64,000 nt of DNA from NCBI GenBank assembly GCA_963663805.2, contig CAXXMR010000003.1, positions 64,001-128,000 on the forward strand, written 5' to 3'. Under the pieces are notes generated by a model. It saw only the letters and a list, made by a program, of their open reading frames with translations, did no database searches and was not told the DNA's origin. Shown here piece by piece: positions 11,011 through 20,006 of this stretch (position 1 is its first letter; every line of letters begins with the position of its first letter). The translations under genes and the position numbers were made by a program. The stretch is from Sedimentisphaerales bacterium (GTDB lineage Bacteria > Planctomycetota > Phycisphaerae > Sedimentisphaerales > SM23-30).

Positions 11011-11414
11011 TTGGTCGCTCCGTTTAGCGGTTCACTTTTATAAATCAGACAATCTTGTTCTATTCTGGTCTCTTCTGCTTTTGATTTGTTCGGCTAATTA
11101 TGAGTTTGACTTTATTGTTGAGTTCGGGGAAATATCAGAGGTATAATATGTGTGGTAATGGTAACCCTACTGCAAGGAATTAGCCAAAATACCACTATTG
11201 AAGTTCAGATTAAAATAGATATTTTGAAAGGCTGGATTAGAGGGGGGATTGAGAAATTGGTTTAGGGGTCAAAATAAGACAGTAATTAAACAGCTCTAAA
11301 GGCGTTTTAAGCGGCTTTTTTTGAAACAGAAAAACCTTAATAAATTTTGTAGGCAGTAGTGTAGACAGTACCAAAATCTACCACTGTAACCCATTGATAA
11401 TAAAGAGCTTAAAG

Positions 11415-11500
11415 TGCCGAAGGTGGGAATCGAACCCACACTCCCAGTAAAGGGAACGGGATTTTGAATCCCGCGCGTCTGCCAGTTCCGCCACTTCGGC
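11415..11500 (-). tRNA. tRNA-Leu(CAA)
   Basis: Reverse complement GCCGAAGTGGCGGAACTGGCAGACGCG-CGGGA-TTCAAAA-TCCCG, long variable arm, GGGTTCGATTCCCACCTTCGGCA. Confidence 0.95.
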
Positions 11501-11696
11501 AAGTGGTGATTTTGCAATAGGTTATGTTATTTTGACGGTCAGCTTTTTCGGGGCTGCTGCGCGTACCTAACATAAATTTTGCATACTAACAGTGTGCTGC
11601 CAAACTGTCAGGTCCGGTATACTAGCCGAGAAGCCTGGCAAAGTCAACGCTCTGATATTAAAAAATTACCTCGTTGCCCCCTTGGGTTTGGATGAC

Positions 11697-11730
11697 AAAA
11701 AAAGAGGAAGGTTTTTAAGCCTTCCTCTTT
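11697..11730 (-). terminator. Intrinsic terminator after PEP-CTERM gene
   Basis: AAAGAGGAAGG/CCTTCCTCTTT stem with a T-run on the minus strand. Confidence 0.7.
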
Positions 11731-11760
11731 CAGAGATACTATTAACAGTAAAATTCAAAA

Positions 11761-12345
11761 CTATTTGCGACGACGCAAACGCCCTGCTGCCGCTGCCCCC
11801 CCAAACATCATCAATATCGAACATGGTTCAGGGACGCAATACGTGCCGATTTCCACACTTGAGACACCCATATAGTATGGTAGCTCCTCACCTGAGGTTT
11901 GCCCAAGATGCCAATAACCTGTATCAGGAAAAACCATGGTTTCACTTTCCGGTTGAGGATTAATCGTCCAGTGCCACGTCCAGCCCAAGCCATCAGCATT
12001 TAGGACAGGAACAAGCGGAATTATCTCTCCTCCTCCCGGTGCCGAGATAGTCACCGCCGGAGCCTGGCTGGGGAGATTATACATGCTAATCCAGTCAACC
12101 TCCAGCCATACATGCTTGATCAGGTCCGCAGCCTGATTGTCAACTACCAGGGTTTTGTGGTCCGCGTTCCAAACAGGCTCATCAAACGAATATCTGTTTT
12201 TTGAAATATCCCAGCTACCCGCACCTGCTTGTCCGCTCCATGTCGCGTGAAAATCAACATAATCTGGAATGTCCGCCAACACCAGACCTGCGGAAACGGA
12301 CAGACCAAAGAACACAACAAAACACAACGCTGTTACCTTTTTCAT
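11761..12345 (-). CDS. PEP-CTERM sorting-domain exported protein
   Basis: Signal peptide MKKVTALCFVV; C-terminus VPEP, hydrophobic stretch, RLRRRK. Confidence 0.85.
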   Translation of the reverse strand: MKKVTALCFVVFFGLSVSAGLVLADIPDYVDFHATWSGQAGAGSWDISKNRYSFDEPVWNADHKTLVVDNQAADLIKHVWLEVDWISMYNLPSQAPAVTISAPGGGEIIPLVPVLNADGLGWTWHWTINPQPESETMVFPDTGYWHLGQTSGEELPYYMGVSSVEIGTYCVPEPCSILMMFGGAAAAGRLRRRK

Positions 12346-12854
12346 GACATTTCCCTTCTTTAAATAATTGGCTTTAGTACACAAGCGTCACTTCACACAG
12401 GGGTCAAGCGACACAACTTTCAGAAAATACCCAAAACACGTCTTTCTTCGCAATAGAACCCGCACCTTCGGCCAAGTGTACAATCACCCCACGGCAGGGC
12501 CAACGCCGACGCAGAACCCTTGTTCGTGTTTACGCGAAAAACATAAAAAGAAAGAACCGCAAAAACGCCCGCCAACCAAAGATATTGGCGGCTGGCGGCA
12601 CCAGAAGTTTATTACTTGTCAAACTCGACTCGGTAGGTATAACACATAATAGGCTATTTGTCCAATGTGAACATAATTTCTACCATCGGAAACAAAAATT
12701 TAACCGTTCAGAGCTACTCGCAAATATCCATCTACAACTGTTATGGGTACGATCCAGCCGCTGGCAGTACCTCTATAAACAAAACCAAAAACACCCCACA
12801 GATAAGTTTCCATCTTTTTATTTTTTCTGAAAAATTTGTTTAGGTTAACCCAAT

Positions 12855-13595
12855 TTATAATCCCCGCCTTTTACGCATCCAGCCAACCAGGCCCATCCCT
12901 AATCCGCCCAGAAGAATCGCGCCGGGGGCGGGAACGATATATGGAGTATTGCTGGGAACTCTTACGAGCATGTCTTGTATGGCTTCTCCGGTATTCATAT
13001 CCCAGAGGTTTACTACCGCGATTTTGCTATTGGTCCAGCCTTCCTGGGAGACTTTGTAATGTGCTTGCAGTACCAGATCCGCAGCACCTTCTGTTAAGCC
13101 ATCGTTCATGATCACGGATTTATCAGCTAAAGATGGAGTTGCCACAATCTCGGCCTCCAGATACCAGATAGCTAACTGATAATCCCGAGCCAGATAGTCA
13201 TCATCATTCCCGCTGCCGTCAATTCCATAATTATCAAGATAATCCAAATAGACCCAGGCTGTTTCATGACTGAGCGGGTCTTTGCCGTTTGTATGGCCGT
13301 AGATACCGCCTTCCTGAGCGAACACGCTCAGTTCGGCATCATATTCTCCGTTTAAATCGACCTGCTCGTCCGCTTCGATACAAAAAGTTATAAATTCGTC
13401 GTTTTCGCCGATGTCGAGTACGCCGTCGGCAAACCCATAGGCGGTGAAAAGCATTTCCCCGGCACGAGCACCCTGAGTAAAACCGATGTAGACTCTGTAA
13501 TCCTGCATTCCGTTGAAAACGACCGTCGGAGTTGCCCATGCCGAAACCGCCATTAACAACGAAATAACTACTGCAAAGCTTATTCTAACCTTCAT
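12855..13595 (-). CDS. PEP-CTERM-variant (VPAPG) exported protein
   Basis: Signal peptide, FITFCIE motif, C-terminus VPAPGAILLGGLGMGLVGWMRKRR. Confidence 0.85.
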   Translation of the reverse strand: MKVRISFAVVISLLMAVSAWATPTVVFNGMQDYRVYIGFTQGARAGEMLFTAYGFADGVLDIGENDEFITFCIEADEQVDLNGEYDAELSVFAQEGGIYGHTNGKDPLSHETAWVYLDYLDNYGIDGSGNDDDYLARDYQLAIWYLEAEIVATPSLADKSVIMNDGLTEGAADLVLQAHYKVSQEGWTNSKIAVVNLWDMNTGEAIQDMLVRVPSNTPYIVPAPGAILLGGLGMGLVGWMRKRRGL

Positions 13596-13996
13596 TTTGT
13601 TTCTCCTTGGCGTTTATAACTCAAAAAAACCGCTAAGCTCATAACAACCGGTTAGACCGACAGAAAATCCTTACGCAATGCTTCGGATAAAACCTTGCAT
13701 GCAGGACATGAGTAGGGAAACAGAGAAACAATGACTCAACGAAATGTCACTATTCGCCCGCCAGAAAACGAGTTATCTCCTGTCCTGTTTTCCTGCGATC
13801 CAAACTATACATACACAGCCCGCAATGAAACGAAATTAAAAAATTCCACTTCAGGCTCAATACAACTTTACGACAAAACCCAAAAAGATTCGTAAATCAC
13901 TGTCGGCCAAAGACTCCGACAGATAGTGGCCTCACTCAAGTACCTCTATGCTGCCACACTTTACAAGCAGAGTATAGCACACAATTGGAGAACTGT

Positions 13997-14449
13997 CTAT
14001 TCTCTATTTGTTTTTTTATTAAAAAATTCTGAATTATGACAATCAGGACACAGGCCGTGCAATTCAATCTTCTGCCGTTCAACCACATAACCTGGTTGCA
14101 GCCCCTCAACAACCGGAACTCTGACATCTTTGAGGCATTGAGTATGGCCGCATTTTTTGCACGTAAAGTGCGGATGACAGCTCACTTTACCGCAATTACA
14201 AGCCAGCTCATAATACCAGGTTCTTTCGCGAAAATACGCCTTATGCACCAGTCCTGCCTCGACAAATGATTCTAAGGCACGATAGATTGTCGTTTTGTTC
14301 AAATCGGTATCGCTAAGTTCCGTACCGAGTTGTTCCTGAGTCAGCGGTTCCTGGGCGGTAATCAGTGTTTCCAGCAAAGCCATCCGTCCCGCTGTGCAGC
14401 GCAACGATGCCCCACGCAGCATTTTATAAATAGCCTGCCGGTCAGTCAT
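13997..14449 (-). CDS. Fur-family metalloregulator (Zur-like)
   Basis: LRCTAGR, TTIYRALESF, HPHFTCKKCG and LHGLCPDC motifs. Confidence 0.9.
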   Translation of the reverse strand: MTDRQAIYKMLRGASLRCTAGRMALLETLITAQEPLTQEQLGTELSDTDLNKTTIYRALESFVEAGLVHKAYFRERTWYYELACNCGKVSCHPHFTCKKCGHTQCLKDVRVPVVEGLQPGYVVERQKIELHGLCPDCHNSEFFNKKTNRE

Positions 14450-15311
14450 CGCCCTGGTCGCTCTCTTGGTGGTTGTGGCTATGGTCGCGATGTGAACATG
14501 TTTTCATGTCGCCGCTGATAAACAAAGATGGAAATACAATATCACTCAGGCAGCAGGGCAGCAGAACCGCTAGAAACAGCACCGCCACCAGGCCTATCGC
14601 CTGGGCAATATCGAGCTGACCGCCGCTGTTCATCATCATGTGTGCTGAGGATGCCCAGGTACTAACCAGTATGTGGAGAGCGTGGGGCATTTCCGTGCGG
14701 GGCCAGTAATAACCTATCAGGATTCCCAGTAAGGCCGCGGGATTGACCAGGTACCAGTGTTCGATAAATCCCAAATGCAATGCCGGGCTGCCATCGCCGT
14801 GACTGGGGCCGGAAGGCTCAGTACAACTGCAACCATCGTGATTATCAACTATGGCCCGCTCAGGTTCACCGTGTCCCCTTTCATCCGTGGTATGCCCGAC
14901 AGTCTCGGACTCCTTATGTCCGTCGCCCAAATGACCATCATGATCCCCGTGAGCGGCATGGTATACCTCAAAATGGGCCGGAATATGCAGATGGAGCATT
15001 CTTTCGCCTGCGTAGGGTATCACGCAATCACTCAAGGTTGCGATACCTATCGAACCGATGTAGCCTATCAGCAGTACCTTAACAAACCCGGCGTCGCGAC
15101 GGTGCATCCTAAAAAGGGCCGCGGTAACCATGGCGCTGAGTATTACATGGGCAGGATGAAAAATCCCGAAAAGCACTCCCGAACCTTCCGTGCTGATATT
15201 TCGGAAAGCCAACATGAACACCACCCCCAAAACCGCTCCCAGCATGGTAAACGGGGCGTGATGTTTTAATTCATGGTAAACATGGCCAAGTTTGTCTTTC
15301 AGCATATACAT
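14442..15311 (-). CDS. His-rich multi-pass membrane protein, putative metal permease
   Basis: Multiple TM segments, a His-rich loop (HAAHGDHDGHLGDGH), PCCLSD, and a His-rich tail; overlaps the Fur gene start. Confidence 0.7.
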   Translation of the reverse strand: MYMLKDKLGHVYHELKHHAPFTMLGAVLGVVFMLAFRNISTEGSGVLFGIFHPAHVILSAMVTAALFRMHRRDAGFVKVLLIGYIGSIGIATLSDCVIPYAGERMLHLHIPAHFEVYHAAHGDHDGHLGDGHKESETVGHTTDERGHGEPERAIVDNHDGCSCTEPSGPSHGDGSPALHLGFIEHWYLVNPAALLGILIGYYWPRTEMPHALHILVSTWASSAHMMMNSGGQLDIAQAIGLVAVLFLAVLLPCCLSDIVFPSLFISGDMKTCSHRDHSHNHQESDQGDD

Positions 15312-15351
15312 ATCCTTAAAAATAACAACTCCAAGAAATGATATACTAAAC

Positions 15352-15364
15352 GCAACTCAGTTGC
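15352..15364. promoter_or_regulatory. Palindromic Fur/Zur-type operator candidate
   Basis: Perfect palindrome GCAACT-C-AGTTGC about 40 bp upstream of the His-rich/Fur operon. Confidence 0.55.
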
Positions 15365-15460
15365 AAATAAAATATATTTTCCAGATTCAGGATTCAGGTG
15401 GCAGCTCCTTGCTTTGCAAAATGGGCCTGGTTGTGGTCGTGTGTGTGTGGGATGCTTTGC

Positions 15461-15489
15461 TTGACCGTTGGTGGGGGGCGGTTTAGAAT
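15461..15489 (+). promoter_or_regulatory. Sigma70 promoter, probably leaderless transcript
   Basis: TTGACC-N17-TAGAAT with ATG 6 nt downstream and no RBS. Confidence 0.5.
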
Positions 15490-15495
15490 GGGGTT

Positions 15496-16095
15496 ATGAA
15501 AAACGTTGACGCTGTAATATTTGATTTGGATGGTACTCTTACTGAGCCTTATCTTGATTTTGACGCTATTCGGGCGGAGATAGGGGGTATCGAGGGGCCT
15601 TTGCTGGAGGCGATGGAGAGGATGGGGCAGGCCGAACGTCAGCGGTGCTGGGATATTTTACATCGTTATGAGCTCGATGCAGCCGAAAATTCAAAGTTGA
15701 ACCCGGGTGCCAAGGAACTGCTGGAGTGGCTTTCCGGTCACGGTTTGAAAGTTGGGTTGGCTACTCGCAATCGGCTGGACAGTGTGGAGCGGATATGCAA
15801 GATTCATGGGATACGGTTTGATAGTGTGGTAACGCGGGATGACGGGCCGGTCAAACCGGATGCGTTTCCTTTTGTGCGGGCCTGCGTGATGGCTGACGCT
15901 GAGCCGGGTCGGTCGGTTATGGTGGGTGATTTCCTTTTTGATTTGCAGAGCGGCAAAGCCGGCGGGGGGGTGTCGGTGCTGATTGCCACGAATGAGGAAT
16001 ATCGTGATTTTGTCCATGAGGCTGATTATGTGATTCATCGGCTGGATGAGCTGATAGAGGTAATCGAGAAACTTGAAGGGAATGGAAAGATATGA
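15496..16095 (+). CDS. HAD-superfamily hydrolase
   Basis: IFDLDGTL, ATRN, KPD and MVGDFLFD motifs. Confidence 0.9.
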   Translation: MKNVDAVIFDLDGTLTEPYLDFDAIRAEIGGIEGPLLEAMERMGQAERQRCWDILHRYELDAAENSKLNPGAKELLEWLSGHGLKVGLATRNRLDSVERICKIHGIRFDSVVTRDDGPVKPDAFPFVRACVMADAEPGRSVMVGDFLFDLQSGKAGGGVSVLIATNEEYRDFVHEADYVIHRLDELIEVIEKLEGNGKI

Positions 16096-16922
16096 ATGTT
16101 AAGGGTTTGAGATGGCTGGCGGTGGTGGTCTGGGTTTGGGCTGGCTTGACACATGGTGCCTGCGAGAATGCGGCAGTGCCTGGGGAAGAGGCCGCTGATG
16201 ATGGGGCTGGCAGGAAAGTTGATGAGCAAGCAGTGGAGTTACTGGAGAGAATCGAAAAACGGGCGGGCGAGATTACGAGCTTTGAGGCGGCAATGCGGTA
16301 TGAACTGCGGCAGTTGCTGATGGATGTTGTTAAGGTTCATAATGGGCGGATTTATTATCTGGTTAAGGATAATGTGGTTAGTTTTCGGATTCATTTCGGT
16401 GACTGGCTGGAGTGGGATATCGGTGATGACCCGCCGGCGCAGGCTCGGCCTTATGATGAGGATTACGCTTTTGACGGCAGGTGGCTGACGCGGCGGAATG
16501 GGAAATTTAAGACCTTGCAGAGGCAGGAGATTGCCCGGAAGGCTAAAGGGCCAGATGATTTTCGGCTGGGGCAGGGTCCTTTTCCGCTGCCATTTGCGAT
16601 TCGGAAGTGGGATGTGCTGAGTCAGTTTGAGGTGGTTTGGCAGGCGGACAAGAATGAGGACCGGGAGATGCTTTCGCTGGTTCCGCATGAGGGAGGGGTG
16701 TTTTTTGAGCAGTATGAGCGGGTTGAGCTTTGGTTTCGGCGGGCGGATGCGGTGCCGGTGCGGATTCGTACGGTTTCGCGGGACCATGAGGTTACGATTG
16801 TAACTTGGTCTGATATAAATATTAACGGTGATATTGGGGAGGACATCTTTAGGCTGAGCCCAACCGGGGAGGGTTGGACGGTTGAGGAGACACCTTTAGG
16901 GGACGAAAAGGGTGAGGAATAG
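16092..16922 (+). CDS. LolA-like outer-membrane lipoprotein carrier family protein
   Basis: Signal peptide, ITSFEAAM...GRIYY, FDGRWL, and C-terminal WSDININGDIGEDIF pattern. Confidence 0.55.
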   Translation: MNVKGLRWLAVVVWVWAGLTHGACENAAVPGEEAADDGAGRKVDEQAVELLERIEKRAGEITSFEAAMRYELRQLLMDVVKVHNGRIYYLVKDNVVSFRIHFGDWLEWDIGDDPPAQARPYDEDYAFDGRWLTRRNGKFKTLQRQEIARKAKGPDDFRLGQGPFPLPFAIRKWDVLSQFEVVWQADKNEDREMLSLVPHEGGVFFEQYERVELWFRRADAVPVRIRTVSRDHEVTIVTWSDININGDIGEDIFRLSPTGEGWTVEETPLGDEKGEE

Positions 16923-17057
16923 ATTTTTTTGTTTTTTTAGATTTTTTGCTTGTCTTTTTTGGGCAGTTGGATAATATTCCTTGTCTTGCGGGTTATGTCC
17001 GCTGCGAATGGTAACTTTAGGCTGGTTCTTGAGTTGCCGACAATTAAATAGAAGCAA

Positions 17058-17131
17058 GGGGCCGTAGCTCAATTGGTCAGAGTATCGGACTGTCGATCCG
17101 AGGGTTGCGGGTTCGAGTCCCGTCGGCCTCG
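17058..17131 (+). tRNA. tRNA-Asp(GTC)
   Basis: GGGGCCGTAGCTCAATTGGTCAGAGTA-TCGGA-CTGTCGA-TCCGA-GGGTTGCGGGTTCGAGTCCCGTCGGCCTCG. Confidence 0.95.
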
Positions 17132-17309
17132 CTTGAAAAAACCTCGCTTTTGGGTGAAAAACAAAGATTTTCGCTCGGAAACGGGGTTTTTTCGTTTATC
17201 AGTTTTTTTCCCACTTTCCAGAACTGTCCAAACTTTTACAATGTTTTGTACCCGATATGGCCGGAATCGTGGCCGGTTTGATGAATGTCCCTTTATCCCC
17301 GGAATCCGC

Positions 17310-17896
17310 CACGCGGTCGATGTCATCGGTGCCGGTCTTTTTCGCTGCTCACTGCCTGGGCCAGCAAAATCCGGAAGCCGATTAACACCGTCAGACAATT
17401 GCCCTATGAAGCTATGGGAATAAACATTCATGGTGAGTCTGATATCCCCGTGCCTCAGCAGATCCTGGGCTACCTTGGGCGGTACGTTTGCCGCAGCCAG
17501 GGCCGTAGCAAATGAATGTCTGGTTGAGTGGAAATCGAGTTTGCCGCTGCCCTGGTCCTGATAGTCAATCCCTGCCGCTTCGCAGTCGGCATAGAACATC
17601 CTGGCGGGCTTGTCGGTCAGCTTGAAGGCCTGCGCCCCCGGTAATTTTCCGGCCAAATGACCCCGCAGGGTTTCGGCAAAGTCATCCCGCAAGGGTAATA
17701 CCGCTTCAGTACGGTTCTTGGCGTTCTCACTGCGTATGGTGATGGTTCGCCCCTGAAGGTCAAAATCGCGAACTGTAAGCGTTCGGATTTCATTAGCCCT
17801 TAGGCCTGCCTCAAGGCCTAATCGATAAACCAGGCACCGTTCCGGCCCCGTCAGGCTGTATCTGGTCGGTTCTGTGGCTGTGGCTTGCTGCGTCAA
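17310..17896 (-). pseudogene. Tyrosine integrase, C-terminal catalytic fragment (5'-truncated)
   Basis: GLRANEI (R), AKNR (K), FHSTRH (HxxR) and LRHGDIRLTMNVY (H, Y) motifs. No N-terminal domains or RBS/ATG; convergent on tRNA-Asp. Bounds approximate. Confidence 0.85.
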
Positions 17897-17977
17897 GGCA
17901 CTGTCAAACGGGTCAAACAGCCGGATTTGTTGAGGATCGAGACAAATGGGGCAATTTCATAGCTTCATATCGGCACT

Positions 17978-18347
17978 CCCTCACCATCCGTCAGCGACAC
18001 CGCCCACCGCCCCACCGGTGACCAAAACGGTGCTCCCCGGTTCCCGTTTTGGTGCCGGATGACAGGCCGCTGGAGATTATGGCTGTCCACCGCTGGCAAG
18101 ACATGCCTATAACACACCAGCCTACAGTGCACAACTATCTATAAAATAAAAGCTTAGACAAAACAGACAAGCCCCGTCAAATAATGGCAAAAAGCGGGCG
18201 ATGAGAATCGAACTCACATGGCCAGCTTGGAAGCATGAGTAGGTATTATCATAAGACTTTAATAAATAAACAGTTATGTAGCCACCATATTCAAGAGTGA
18301 CCAAAACGGTGCCGGAGACATGACAACAGTAATACCCAGTTGTCATT
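17978..18347 (-). repeat. attP-like module A: tRNA-Gly(TCC) 3'-half core (18193-18233) with flanking arm repeats
   Basis: Homologous in inverted orientation to 61609-61981, with a 57-bp identical core (18183-18239). GTGACCAAAACGGTGC occurs at 18018-18033 and 18297-18312, plus an inverted partial copy at 18043-18058. Confidence 0.85.
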
Positions 18348-18490
18348 CTGTGGCAAAAGGTTAGCGACCCACAAATTAACGTCATTTTCAGAGCTTCATT
18401 TAAAATTGTATAAATTTTATTTTGGGCTTGCTTAGGGCCAATCACAGCATATACTTATGCATATTAGGAATCTTATTCTGGAATAGCATA

Positions 18491-19693
18491 ATGATAAAAC
18501 GACATTTACAATCGGTTCTCGAAAATTCAGCGAACTGGTTTCCGGTGATCTCGCTGACCGGTCCCAGGCAATCAGGTAAAACCACGCTAGCCAAGGCGAC
18601 TTTCACCCAAGCTCATTATGTTTCACTGGAAGATCCCGCCCAAAGAAATCTGGCCCTCGAAGATGCCAAGGGATTTTTGAGCCAATTCGGCTCGGATCAG
18701 GTTATCCTGGATGAAGCCCAGCGGGTTCCGGATTTGTTTTCGTACATACAGGGAATTGTAGATGAGCACAATATATTGGGCCAATACATACTTACTGGTT
18801 CGCAGAATTTTCTGCTATTAGAAAAGATTAGCCAATCGCTAGCGGGGCGTTGTGCGATTCATCACCTTTTGCCATTTTCAAAATCGGAACTGCTGGGCAA
18901 AAAAGCAACTGATCTGGAAACCATTGCTCACATCGTTAAATCACCTCGGAAAAAGAAAATAACCGCCAAATTGTTTGATACACTATGGACCGGCGGTTAC
19001 CCGAGAATATACGATAAACAGATCCCTCCCCAACACTGGCTGACAAATTATGTGCAGACATATATCGAAAGAGATGTGCGAAGTATTGTAAATGTCAGCG
19101 ACCTTGAAACCTTTACACGTTTTTTACGATTGTGTGCAGGCAGAAGTGGGCAGATACTCAATCTGCAATCACTAGGTAATGATTGTAGCATAGATGGCAA
19201 AACGGTAAAAAGCTGGCTTTCAATACTTGAAACAAGTTTCATCATAAAGTTATTAAGGCCCTATCACAAGAATTTCAACAAGCGACTCATAAAATCACCC
19301 AAACTTTATTTCCTCGACAGCGGTCTGTTGTGCTATCTTCTGGGAATACAAAAGCCCAACGAATTGTTAATGCATTCATCCCGCGGAGTAATATTTGAAT
19401 CATGGGTTATTGCAGAGTTGTACAAGAATTACTACCACACAGGCAAGCAACCGTATATGTATTATTTTAGAGATTCTAATAATAATGAGATTGACCTGAT
19501 ACTCGAACACGGTGCCAAAACCATCCCGATAGAGATAAAATCCGGCCAAACGATCAACAATAACTTCTTTAAGGGACTTAATTTTTGGAGTAAACTGACG
19601 GGACTAGCTAATTCGCCGGCAGTCCTGATATACGGCGGCGACAGTCCTTCTGTTTTTAAAAACATCAGGATTTTGCCCTGGCACATGCTTTAG
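18491..19693 (+). CDS. AAA+ ATPase (AAA_14 + DUF4143-type, C-terminal PD-(D/E)XK-like)
   Basis: Walker A GPRQSGKTT, Walker B VILDEAQ, LTGSQ, SLAGR, GGYP, KSPKLYFLDSG, and EIDL...IEIKS. Confidence 0.9.
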   Translation: MIKRHLQSVLENSANWFPVISLTGPRQSGKTTLAKATFTQAHYVSLEDPAQRNLALEDAKGFLSQFGSDQVILDEAQRVPDLFSYIQGIVDEHNILGQYILTGSQNFLLLEKISQSLAGRCAIHHLLPFSKSELLGKKATDLETIAHIVKSPRKKKITAKLFDTLWTGGYPRIYDKQIPPQHWLTNYVQTYIERDVRSIVNVSDLETFTRFLRLCAGRSGQILNLQSLGNDCSIDGKTVKSWLSILETSFIIKLLRPYHKNFNKRLIKSPKLYFLDSGLLCYLLGIQKPNELLMHSSRGVIFESWVIAELYKNYYHTGKQPYMYYFRDSNNNEIDLILEHGAKTIPIEIKSGQTINNNFFKGLNFWSKLTGLANSPAVLIYGGDSPSVFKNIRILPWHML

Positions 19694-19726
19694 CAAGCTT
19701 GCCAATCAAGCTGAAGACAAATAGCC

Positions 19727-19746
19727 TAACCCCAATTTCTCACTTA
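19727..19746 (+). repeat. 20-bp motif TAACCCCAATTTCTCACTTA (copy A)
   Basis: Exact reverse complement of 60228-60247. Confidence 0.85.
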
Positions 19747-19875
19747 CCCTCGGCTTTTGACTTCTTTGAGTCAACTTTTATTGCATACTATGCTATAGCC
19801 CTTGTGCGTCTCGTTCTATTTAAATAGGGTTTGCTGAATAACCCAGGCGTCCGCCTTACTAAGCGTACGACCAAC

Positions 19876-19995
19876 CTTTCAATTACCCACAAATATTTGC
19901 CAAGTTGAATCCCAAGTGGATATCGTTTAACCTCCGAAATCCTCGCCACACTACCATATTGCCAGGCGGCGGATCATGTGACCGGTCCAAATAAG
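19876..19995 (-). mobile_element. IS4-family (IS50/Tn5-like) transposase 3' remnant with terminal IR
   Basis: Translation YLDRSHDPPPGNMVVWRGFRRLNDI, ending in TGTGGGTAATTGAAAG. Confidence 0.65.
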
Positions 19996-20006
19996 GTCGT
20001 CTTGTT

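Noticed and set aside
12380..12850. Riboswitch in the long leader of the PEP-CTERM gene
   Set aside because: Only a terminator-like hairpin (about 12561-12598) is visible, with no recognisable aptamer consensus. An Rfam search would be needed.
17069..17310. Integrase ORF extension through tRNA-Asp
   Set aside because: The tail KRGRRDSNPQPSD is the antisense translation of the tRNA, reached after a probable frameshift near the KTGTDD-like end.
18122..18445. ORFs 18122..18445(-) and 61610..61978(+) with similar translations (MTT.YYCCH...CFQAGHVSSILIARF)
   Set aside because: They run through the tRNA-Gly fragment and arm repeats, lack an RBS and lose frame after the core. They are best explained as by-products of the DNA repeat, though a few third-position changes mean a small peptide is not fully excluded.
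19724..19830. Integron attC site after the ATPase gene (GCCTAAC)
   Set aside because: The R''-like heptamer is present, but I find no complementary L'/R' half to form the attC hairpin and no IntI in the window.
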